Positions 52,208-64,000 of a stretch of DNA of 64,000 nucleotides are shown here, one piece after another. A model generated the notes under the pieces. It had not been told where the DNA came from and did no database searches. It saw nothing but the letters and a program-made list of their open reading frames with translations. The stretch comes from Octopus vulgaris. Its lineage: Eukaryota. The translations under genes were made by a program, and so were the position numbers. The DNA is taken from assembly GCA_951406725.2 (NCBI GenBank), contig OX597820.1:17794001-17858000 (forward strand), read 5' to 3'. How positions within the stretch are numbered: position 1 is the first letter of the stretch; each line of letters opens with the position of its first letter.

Positions 52208-52519
52208 AAACCCTGGTCTATGAACTAAATTAGATGGTAAATGTTTTAAATTTTCAATCCTTTCAAGAATTTATCCCTAATTAGTGGTTTGAGTTTTCTA
52301 CTGCTCTTTCTAGCACAAGGCTTTCCTATGATAGAAGCCTCTTAATGTATTTTAATGTACACGATATTTTTATAGGAATAATATATAGTCTATTGACTAA
52401 TTTTTTTGTGCTAGGCCACTGGTAATAATAATTTCTATAATTCTTATTACCTTAATATTATATATATTTATATAGATATATATATAGATATAGATATAGA
52501 TATTTTTTATTCTTTAATT

Positions 52520-53445
<926 letters not shown>

Positions 53446-53744
53446 CATATAAGTCTGTTTGGGAACTCTGTTTCTAGCTGATGAGATGTCGGTATAAAGA
53501 TTGAAACTAACCCACAAATTAATCTCTTTTGTTTTTGTTTTTTGTTTTTTTTTTGCTTTTTGCCCGCGAAAATATTCTGTTAATGAAGCAGTTACTTAAA
53601 TCTTTTGAAAAACAGCTTTTTTGTTGTTGTTTTTTTTTTGTTTTTTTTTTGTTTTTTGGCTAAAAGTCTATAGACTGCAGCATCATAATAAAATAATTAT
53701 CGCATCAGTAATTTGTGTGTACGTGCATGTGCGCGTATATAAAT

Positions 53745-53780
<36 letters not shown>

Positions 53781-53914
53781 AGAGAGAGAGAAAGAGAAGG
53801 AGAAGGAGAGAGAGATATTTTGTACCAAGGCACTCGTCAAACATGTTTAACAAGTGGCTTGACACGAAACTGTAATCTCTTGAGTCACTCCTCCAGCAAT
53901 ATCAGCTCATAAAC

Positions 53915-53967
<53 letters not shown>

Positions 53968-53985
53968 TATATATACATACATATA

Positions 53986-54037
<52 letters not shown>

Positions 54038-54055
54038 CATACATATATATCTGTA

Positions 54056-54093
<38 letters not shown>

Positions 54094-54666
54094 CATACTT
54101 ATATATATATATATATGTATATGTATATATATATATACATACATACATACATACATATACAGATACACACACACACACATGAGGGTGGAGGGTGGGTATG
54201 CATGACTATACAGACACGTATACGTGCCGTGCATGTGTTTTAAAGACTCAAAACAGTGTTTCTTTGTTTTTGTTTTTTTTTTGTCTGTTTTTTTTAATAT
54301 AAAAAGAAATGCTTTTAACAAAAAAAAAATGAGTTCACAACTTCGTTTTCTCACGCTGAAGAATCATCAGAAATATAAAAAAAGAAACATGCTTCACAGG
54401 TGAATTGATGAAATAAGGTCAACCAAAAAGAGAAAAAAATCTGATGAAATATACAAAAAAGATAATTCACAGCGAGTGATTGAAATGACAATAGAAATGG
54501 CGACGACGGTTTGCGAAATATTTTCACTTTAATTGAAAGAATGTGATGTGTTTGCACAATGGGTGATGCATTAGGACAAACGATTTGCATAATTCGTTTT
54601 TGATAAACAAGTATTCTGTTTCGGTTTTGATAAATAAGTATTCCCTAATAATATACTGCAGATTAA

Positions 54667-55238
54667 GGCGGCGAGCTGGCAGAAACGTTAGCACGCCGGG
54701 CGAAATGCTTAGCAGTATTTCGTCTGTCGCTACGTTCTGAGTTCAAGGTCGACTTTGCCTTTCATCCTTTCGGGGTCGATAAATTAAGTACCAGTCACGC
54801 ACTGGGGTCGATGTAATCGACTTAATACCTATGTCTGTCCTTGTTTGTCCCCTAAGAATCGTTAGCACGCCGGGCGAAATGCGTAGGCGTATTTTGTCTG
54901 CCGCTACGTTCTGATTTCAAATTCCACCGGGGTCCACTTTGCCTTTCATCCTTTCGGGGGTCGATAAATTAAGTACCAGTTGCGCACTGGAGTCGATATA
55001 ATAGACTTAATCTGTTTGTCTGTCCTTGTTTGTCCCCTCTATGTTTAGCCCCTTGTGGGTAATAAAGAAATAGGTATTTCGTCTGTCGTTTGTTTGTGAG
55101 TTCAAATTCCGCCGAGGTCGACTTTGCCTTTCATCCTTTCGGAGTCGATAAATTAAGTACCTGTTGCATACTGGAGTCGATCTAACCGACTGACTCCCTC
55201 CCAAAAAGTTTCGAGCCTTGTGCCTAGAGTAGAAAAGA
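54667..55238 (+). mobile_element. SINE family B three-unit array ending in tail 2
   Basis: Restarts at GAATCGTTAGC (~54856) and GGTATTTCGTCTG (~55073). Confidence 0.88.
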
Positions 55239-55269
55239 CTTTACTGAAGATTATAGGAAATGCTCAGGG

Positions 55270-55900
55270 GAAAATGCAGAAAATGTAAAAATGTAGCTTT
55301 GTCACTCCAAACAATCTTTATGGAAAATGTGCATCTTCTGCATATATTGCCAAGTGCCACTCGCAAAACTCCGCTCTCCGGTCCGGATCATCTTCATTGA
55401 GAACTCGGATTATTCTTGGAGTGTAACTTTCCCAGTGACAGCGCTTCAAAATGCGATGGATGCTTGATTTTGAAAATCCCATCCCACCACTCTCTTGCCA
55501 CACAGATTATCTTGAACACAAGCAATACGTTCCTAGTACTGTTTCCCATTCAAACTGCTCCAGCTTTTGGAATGTGTGAATATTCAGGCAACAAGTTTAC
55601 ATGCGGATCTCGCTGTGTGTATATTTAAAATCTAAAGGCTACCTACTGATGAAGACTAGCCTCAGTAAATATTTTTTTACTGAAATTAGACAGTACTGTT
55701 CGATGTGTTGTTGGTGGGCTCTTCGATGTCCGCGGTCTTCTAGGACGTTTCTTGTGGACATTTTGAATAGTTCCAGAAACTTCAAACTTATCCCTAATTC
55801 GAGTTAAGGTAAATCGAATGGATGGATCTCTTTGCGCGTCTAATGCATTTTCAAAATTCCTGTAGCACTTTATTCATGATAAATTTCTTTTGTTCAAAGC
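55270..55900 (-). pseudogene. Decayed IS630/Tc1/mariner transposase (DUF4817-type N-terminus)
   Basis: TRIRDKFEVSGTIQNVHKKR... and SKSSIHRILKRCHWESYTPRIIRVLNEDDPDRRAEFCEW; split by the 155-bp insert. Confidence 0.75.
55539..55693. mobile_element. 155-bp MITE-like repeat, copy 2
   Basis: TA|CTGT...ACAG|TA termini; inserted in the transposase remnant. Confidence 0.75.
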
Positions 55901-56679
55901 TTGGTCGGTGCCGGTGTAGTATATGATCTACATACATGTTTCTGGTATAGCATGTGAGCTACATTAGTTCAAATGGTATAGTTTGTGATCTACACCGAAT
56001 TTTTAATCTACATTCAAAATTCATCTGTTTACTCAAATTCCGGTTGGTTTGGTATATAAACCAAAAACACTTTTAGTCCTGAGGCCATTGAAAGAAGTCG
56101 TGATGAGAGAAAATTCCTCGCTGTAGATATTATGAATTAAATACACCTAAATCAGCTCGCAGCGCCACCTATCCAGACGGTGAATGGCTTGTTTACAAGT
56201 CCGAACCTGCCTTTAGCATATTCGAACTGGTATTAACATAGTATTTTTACTTACCACCGCTTAGCGCACTCACCCTGCAATGATATCCTGTCTACTATAG
56301 GCACAAGTCCTGAAAATTTGGGGGAGGACACCAGTCGATTACATCGACTCCAGTGTTTCACTGGTACTTAATTTATCGACCCCGAAAGGATAAAAGCAAA
56401 GTGTGTGTGTGTGTGTGTGTGTGTGTGCTAAGAAGCTTGCTTCCCAACTACATCGTGGTACCTTGAGCAAGTGTCTTCTACTATAGCCTCGAGCCTACCA
56501 AAGCCTTGTGTCTGTATATGTGTTTGTCTCCCACCACCGCTTGACATCCGGTGTTGGTTTGTTGTCTGGAGTCGATTCATTCGACTAAAACTTCGTCAAG
56601 GCAATGCTCTAGCATGGCCGCAGTATAATGACTGAAACAAGTGAAAGATAAAAGATGATAGAGAGAGAGAGAGAGAAAG

Positions 56680-56711
<32 letters not shown>

Positions 56712-56804
56712 GAATTTGTGTGTTTGCGCGTGCGTGACTCGCAAATTCGTTGACTGATGTTCACAGGAAAATGATGGAAAATTGGGAAGTGATGTAAAAA
56801 ATAC

Positions 56805-57065
56805 ACTTCTATATTTAAGAGATGAGGAATTACGTCTTGGGGAAATTTCAAACCTGAGTTCTCATTCCTAAGGTATTTTTAGATGTTATTATGATTATTA
56901 TTCAGATCACTGCTTGGAATCGAACTCGGAATCTTCGGGTTAGTAGCCCGCGCTCTTAACCACTACGCCATATGCCCTGATGAAGGCTGGAGGGTATATC
57001 AGCCGAAACTTTGTGTTAACAAGAAACAAGATGAGGACAAATATCCGTCAAATGTAAATAATGTA
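56805..57065. mobile_element. tRNA-headed element (minus, 56908-56976) abutting a hammerhead core (plus, 56977-57017)
   Basis: Minus GGCATATGGCGTAGTGGTTAAGAGCGCGGGCTACTAACCCGAAG..GAGTTCGATTCC; plus CTGATGA A GGCTG gagggtatat CAGCC GAAAC. Confidence 0.65.
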
Positions 57066-57150
57066 TGCAAAAAATAGTACACAATCTTTTCTAATCATAT
57101 TTAATGAAAAAAAATAAAAAATGGCATTATCAATTCGCTTGGGTGAATTA

Positions 57151-57463
57151 TTTTTATTTATGCGCCCTTTTCAAGCCCAGCCAGGCTCATGGGCCCGGTT
57201 TCCCAGTTTCTATGGCGTATGTGTTCCCCCCAGCTGGACGGGACGCCCGTCCATCGCAGCGTTACTCAAGAAACAGGAAGAAAGAATGAGAGAAAGTTGT
57301 GGCGAAAGAGTACAACAGGGGTCGCCACCACCCCCTGCCGGAATCTCGTAGAGCTTTAGGTGTTTTCGCTCAATAAGCACACACAACGCCCGGTCTGGGA
57401 ATCGAAACCGCGATACTCCAAGCGCGAGTCCGCTGTCCTAACCACTGGGTCATTGCGCCTCCA
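57151..57463 (-). mobile_element. SINE family C, tail type c
   Basis: Family C head; TSD-like CTT(G/A)GGTGAATTA at 57138-57150 and 57464-57476. Confidence 0.85.
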
Positions 57464-57676
57464 CTTAGGTGAATTAGGTTGCGTTAATTACCCAACAATA
57501 TATGTTTATATCACTTTATATAACTAAATATCTAACTGGTATCCTTTTAACTGGTTTTAAACTTTGGCACAAGGCCAGTAATTTCAGTGGAGAAAATAAG
57601 TCGATTACATCAACACCAGTGCTTACTTATTTTATCGGCTACGAAATGATGAAAGTCGGGTTTTGAACTCAGAACG

Positions 57677-58047
57677 TGTTGTCAATCCGTCCGTTACGAC
57701 GACGAGGGTTCCAGTTGATCCGATCAACGGAGAAGCCTGCTCGTGAAATTAATGTGCAAGTGACTGAGTATTCCACAGACACGTGTACCCTTAAAGTAGT
57801 TCTAGGAGAAGATTCAGCGTGACACAGACTGTGACAAGGCTGGCCCTTTGAAATACAGGTACAACAGAAACAGGAAGATAGAGTGAGAGAAAGTTGTGGT
57901 GAAAGAATACAGCAGAGTTCGCCACCACACACTGCCGGAGCCTCGTGGAGCTTTAGGTGTTTTCGCTCAATAAACACTCACAACGCCCGGTCTGGGAATC
58001 GAAACTGCGAGTCCGCTGCCCTAACCACTGGGCCATTGCGCTTCCAC
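57677..58047 (-). mobile_element. SINE family C, tail type b, nested in an old SINE B
   Basis: 10-bp TSD ACTCAGAACG at 57667-57676 and 58048-58057. Confidence 0.88.
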
Positions 58048-58695
58048 ACTCAGAACGAAATGCCCCTAAGCATTTTGCCTGGTATACTAACGATTCTATT
58101 AGCTCGCAGTCTTGGTATTCTTTAAATTAATATTTTCTTATTCAACTCTTCTGCCACAGAAAATACATCATTTTTTTCGAAAATTAAATCATTCAATCCT
58201 TCACCTTCAACTGACCGGGCGATTTTAATTACATTTGGGCTTAGATTTTTGGGGGTTCTGATTTTAAACATGACTTCCATTCAAAATTAATACAGGCAAA
58301 AATAGCCTTCCAGCACACGTTTAATTTCATTTTCTTAATTTCAAGAATTGCTGGAGCAATAAGCTTCCCATACCGAACAATACTGAATATTCATTTTTTT
58401 CCATAACTCTGAAACAATAAGCTGGATTTCCTCTGTGTCATCCATTAATCTTTTTTTTATAAAATATTTGTCTTAAAATGACAAGTTTTACCTTAATCTA
58501 ATACTTGGATAAGTGATGTAATATTGAGTTACAGGAACAGAACTTGAACGTTAGTCCGTTCTTAAATTACAGCGCTGTGGTTGGGCACCGTCAGTAATAA
58601 AATTTTGAAGACGAAGTTTTCTTCTGTTTAAATTTCAGCGTCAGCAACAAAGTTTCCATAAAACGAAGGGTGACAGAGATATGTGTAACGAGCTA

Positions 58696-58785
<90 letters not shown>

Positions 58786-58889
58786 TTTAATCAATATAGG
58801 GTGGCAAAAAAAAATTTTGTAGAATTCTTTTGCCACCAGCGGCCTAGTAGGAAAAAATTAAATAGTCATAGATCATTTTTAAGTTCAAC

Positions 58890-59147
58890 ATCAAACAATC
58901 AAGGAACGGCCATAATAGGCCATTCACCTACTAGAAATAACAGCCAAAGCTTCAACCGCAAATAAAAGTTAATTCTGTAAACCAGGAGAAAATTTAAAAA
59001 ATTTAAAAAACATTTACCCTGTAAATTACAGGGTAAATGTTTTTTAAATTTTCTCCTGGTTTACAGAATTAACTTTTATTTGCGGTTGAAGCTTTGGCTG
59101 TTATTTCTAGTAGGTGAATGGCCTATTATGGCCGTTCCTTGATTGTT

Positions 59148-59151
<4 letters not shown>
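58890..59151. repeat. Near-perfect 262-bp palindrome with a 1-nt spacer
   Basis: Centre CCCTGTAA-A-TTACAGGG at 59025; arms identical apart from a 9-nt ATTTAAAAA duplication in the left arm. Confidence 0.95.
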
Positions 59152-59184
<33 letters not shown>

Positions 59185-59254
59185 AATTGAGATAGGGGTT
59201 GTAAATGCAACCCTCCATGGGATAACATATGGATGTATTTCTCCATTTTCTTAT

Positions 59255-59315
<61 letters not shown>

Positions 59316-59532
59316 TAAAGGGTAAAATTAATTAAGCAATTAATAATTAATAATTTTACTGCTGACTTGGTCCTCGGTGAAGATATCGGCGTGTGAGTTC
59401 AAATCATTTGGTCTCAGCTAAGTGTTTTCTATATTGAGATTCTCTCGCTGTTGCTTCTTCTTTCTTCGTTCTCTCTCTTCTTTCTCTTTCTCTTTCTCTC
59501 TCTCTCTCTTCTTCTCTATAATAAAGGCAGTT

Positions 59533-59615
<83 letters not shown>

Positions 59616-59619
59616 CCCT

Positions 59620-59662
<43 letters not shown>

Positions 59663-59710
59663 TCCCTCTCCGTTTTTCTTTTCGATCTCACTTCATTTTC
59701 CCCCTCAATC

Positions 59711-59746
59711 CTTTCTGTCAAAGAGCGTAAGCTCGAAACGTCAAAG
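59711..59746 (+). ncRNA. Hammerhead-like motif with variant core
   Basis: CTTT CTGTCAA A GAGC GTAA GCTC GAAAC GT C AAAG: stems pair and the GUC triplet is present, but the core deviates from CUGANGA. Confidence 0.45.
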
Positions 59747-60006
59747 ACTTTTCCATTCTTCCCGAGCGTTAAACTAATACACCTGCTCCTTGTTCTCTTA
59801 CCTGTCTTCATCTTTTGTTTTCTGTATATTTCAACTATAAACACACAGACACACAGACACACCTTTATTTCATACCATTGAAGGAGCCTCTATATCATCT
59901 ATCGACCTGTAAGAAATAGAAGCAACATTTCCCTCAAATCACATCTTGTCTTGTCTTAAAGAAAATAAATACACCTGTCTTTAGTTTTCGTTTGTCTTGT
60001 TTTTAT

Positions 60007-60038
<32 letters not shown>

Positions 60039-60043
60039 TATTA

Positions 60044-60466
60044 GGCGCAGGAGTGGCTGTGTGGTAAGTAGCTTGCTAACCAACCACATGGTTCCGGGTT
60101 CAGTCCCACTGCGTGGCATCTTGGGCAAGTGTCTTCTGCTATAGCCCCGGGCCGACCAATGCCTTGTGAGTGGATTTGGTAGACGGAAACTGAAAGAAGC
60201 CTGTCGTATATATGTATATATATATATATATATGTATGTATGTGTGTGTGTTTGTGTGTTTGTGTTTGTCCCCCTAGCATTGCATGACAACCGATGCTGG
60301 TGTGTTTACGTCCCCGTCAACTAGCGGTTCGGCAAAAAGAGACCGATAGAATAAGTACTGGGCTTACAAAGAATAAGTCCCGGGGTCGATTTGCTCGACT
60401 AAAGGCGGTGCTCCAGCATGGCCGCAGTCAAATGACTGAAACAAGTAAAAGAGTAAAAGAGAAAGA
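60044..60466 (+). mobile_element. SINE family A, full length (same young subtype as 1127 and 1924)
   Basis: Shares GCTAACCAACC and CTGCTATAGCCCCGGGCCGACCAATGCC diagnostics. Confidence 0.9.
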
Positions 60467-60692
60467 GAGCATTATCAAATGTAATGCAAGCTACGCTAAA
60501 CCCGGGCTGAGTGTAGATTAGACGGCTTTTGATCAGAGAGGGTTTGTCAGTGAAGGCCGAACTTAAGCCTGACATGTGCCTTAACAATGTAAACAACATT
60601 AACAAATTCTTTTACTTCATTGAACGTTCTGGACCATGATTCGGATGAAAGCGACAAAGCCACGTTGTTTTGTCGCCCTATATACACCCCCG

Positions 60693-60970
60693 TACATACA
60701 TACATACATACATACATACATACATACATACATACATACATACATACATACATACACACACACACATACATACACACACACACACATACATACATACATA
60801 CATACATACACACATACATACATACATACATACATACATACACACATACATACATACATACATCCATACATACATACATACATACATACACACACACACA
60901 TACACACATACATACATACATGCATACATACATACACACACACACACATACACATACATACATACATACA

Positions 60971-61002
<32 letters not shown>

Positions 61003-61018
61003 CACACACACACATACA

Positions 61019-61050
<32 letters not shown>

Positions 61051-61084
61051 CACACACACACACATACATACATACATACATACA

Positions 61085-61116
<32 letters not shown>

Positions 61117-61203
61117 CACACACACACACACACATACATACATACATACATACATACACACACACATACATACATACATTCATACATACACACATACATA
61201 CAA

Positions 61204-61236
<33 letters not shown>

Positions 61237-61461
61237 TACATACATACATACATACATACATACATACACACACATACATACATACATACATACATACACA
61301 CACACACATACATACATATATACATACACACATACATACATACACACACACACATACATACATACACACACACACACATACATACATACATACATACATA
61401 CATACATACACACACACACATACATACATACATACATACACACATACAGACATACATACAT

Positions 61462-61501
<40 letters not shown>

Positions 61502-61590
61502 ACATACATACATACATACATACATACAGACATACATACATACATACAGACATACATACATACATACAGACATACATACATATACATACG
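60693..61590. repeat. (CATA)n/(CA)n compound microsatellite
   Basis: Direct inspection. Confidence 0.95.
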
Positions 61591-62112
61591 CCGTCGAAAT
61601 TATGTTTGCTTGCAACATACGATATTTGTTCTATCACATGTATATGCACGTGTGGCCCATGACTCTTTGCAGTCCACAAATACAAGAGTATATACCCGTA
61701 AATACCCGTGAATTTAACAATGCGTACGTCAGTTTACGACAAATGAAGCTTACATCCCTCCCATTCTTTTCTTCCATTTTTTTCTTTTTCATTTCTTGTT
61801 TCTTCTTTTTCTTCCATTTTTTTTCTTTTTCGTTTCTTTTTTCTTCTTTCTCTTCAATTTTTTTCTTTTTTCTTCTTTTTCTTCAATTTTTTTATCATTC
61901 GTTCGTTTGCTTTATTGTATTTTTTTAGTTTGTAGTCGGTGCGTTAAATCAGGCGAAAGTACATAATATACAAATAAAAAAAAAAGATAATACAAATTTT
62001 TTAAAAAGGTTTGATTTATAGTTATAGCGAGACAGGGGAGACACAGACAGACAGACAAACAGATACATAGGCAGACAGACAGACTACCACCATCAGGACA
62101 GACAGACAGGTG

Positions 62113-62384
<272 letters not shown>

Positions 62385-64000
62385 TGTTTCTTTATTAGCC
62401 ACACAGAGCTGCACACAGACGGGACAGATTACAAAGTAGAGCTTTTCTTTTTGGGGGAGAGGGAAAAAAAGGTGAGGTAAGTTTTCGATCAAACGGGATC
62501 GTAAAAGGGAAAGAAGAAAAAAAAGGGAAAAGAAAAAAAGAAAAAGAAAAAAAAGATCAATAGGGATCGTGTATCACAGTGTCATGACGTAAAGTGTAAA
62601 GGGGGAAGCAGATAAGGTTTATCCGTGGGATGAAAAGCCTAGGGAAAAGACCACGGTAACCTCGGTCAATAATGTTATATATTACCACATTTGTTTGCAT
62701 GTAGGTAACCCTCTGTTTTAAATTTTCCGGGTTCATAGGATTATGCTCAAGGTGGATTCGTCATTCATACGTGCCATCCCCGCTACATTCACCCATCTTT
62801 TTTTTTAAACATTCGCTAGACAAAACTTGCCTCTCTACTCTCACTTTCCTTTTCAAGTGATACTTGAAGAAGTTGATGAGAAATTGACCAGAGAGGAAAG
62901 TGTTTGTCTCCACTCCTTTCAGACGCATCCACCAGATACATTCTTTCGCCATAGCCACAAGGATGATGAAAATGGCTCTTCCTTCCCGTTTGAAGGAAGG
63001 AAGCGTGACAATATTGACGATTGAGTCGGCTGATAAACCGACTCATCCCACACGTGACAGTAGTTGTTCGACATAAGCCCACAGGTCGGAAATTGTTGGA
63101 CACTGCACGAGTGCGTGCAGAACGGTTTCGTCGCTCTGACCGCATCTCGGGCAGGTCGGCCCCATGTTTCTCGAGCCGTATCTGTACAGCTTATCCCGAA
63201 CGGGTAGCGCTTCTCAGTAGCACTGCCAGGCCAGGGATCTCTGGAAGTTGTCCATAGGCCCTGATCCCGAAAGTCGTCCTGAACAGGCGAGTCATGTATT
63301 TCTCGTCGACGTCCAGGTTCGCCCCGAGCTCGTCGTTGTACCTCCCCTCCACTAATCCCCTATAGAATGCTTTGGTTGTGTTAAAGTCACTCAAGGTCGA
63401 CCCGGGACGGCATAGTTGCTTGAGAACAACGCGACACACGCGGTGCCATTCACCCTTCCTCGGCCTCTTTTTGATCCACGACTGCAGTTCAGTCATGGAG
63501 ACGAGTTACGGGAAAGCGTGCCTCACAAACGGTGACCACACCTGTTCACCGTCGTCTACGTAGAGCCTGAGATTCGCAGTCTCAGCGCGTGTCTGCGCAT
63601 CATCAACCACGGCATGCCCAGTCCTCCATTTAACGGATGTTGACAGTAAATGGATCGCCTGACCATCGGGACGCATCCTTTCCACAAGAAGCGAAAGAGA
63701 ATGCGTTCTAGTTTAGTGATGGTAGGGTCAGGACAAGGCACGACGGTCAGGCGGTAGTAGATGACGGACGCGATGTACGAGTTCGCCACCTCCGCCCGAC
63801 CTTTTAGGGACAGTTTCCTCTCGACCCATTGCCGGGAGAGAGTGACCACCCTACTCGTTATCTTGTTCCAGTTTTTCTCCATTTGGAGGTCCGGACCAAA
63901 CCAGACCCCGAGCAACTCGACCAGACCGTCCGTCCATCGTCCCACGACGGAGGCGCTGGTGGACGGCATGGGCTTGCTTCTCCAGGTGCCGAGTCGCAAG
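62385..64000 (-). mobile_element. Tx1/L1-clade LINE 3' portion (ORF2 C-terminus and 3' UTR), runs off the window end
   Basis: LLGVWFGPDLQMEKNW, WVERKLSLKGRAEVANSYIASVIYY, FRFLWKG, GGLGMP; homologous to 45335-46108; 3' end AATAAAGAAAC joins (ATCT)n. Confidence 0.9.

Overview
This is eukaryotic, AT-rich, repeat-dominated non-coding DNA. The dense (TA)n/(TATG)n/(TAA)n/(GATA)n microsatellites and the tRNA-derived SINE families suggest an octopus (coleoid cephalopod) genome; this is an inference from repeat style, not a database match. No host protein-coding gene can be supported, and most listed ORFs are translations of microsatellites or SINEs. The window holds four tRNA-headed SINE families (labelled A-D here) and fragments of R4/Dong, Tx1/L1, CR1 and RTE LINEs. 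It also holds a Penelope GIY-YIG fragment, Helitrons, Tc1/mariner, pogo and hAT remnants and MITEs, a 166-bp satellite, a 26-bp GCGCATGCGC minisatellite, long palindromes and one 100-N gap. The strongest signals are: (i) SINE B shares its 3' tail with a Tx1-like LINE in the window and forms self-nested arrays that restart at fixed points in its own tRNA head; (ii) SINE A shares a covarying stem-loop tail with a CR1 LINE; (iii) at least six hammerhead-ribozyme-like motifs, one abutting a tRNA-like Pol III head; (iv) SINE C carries four different 3' tails; (v) an NRF1-motif minisatellite with an internal inversion.
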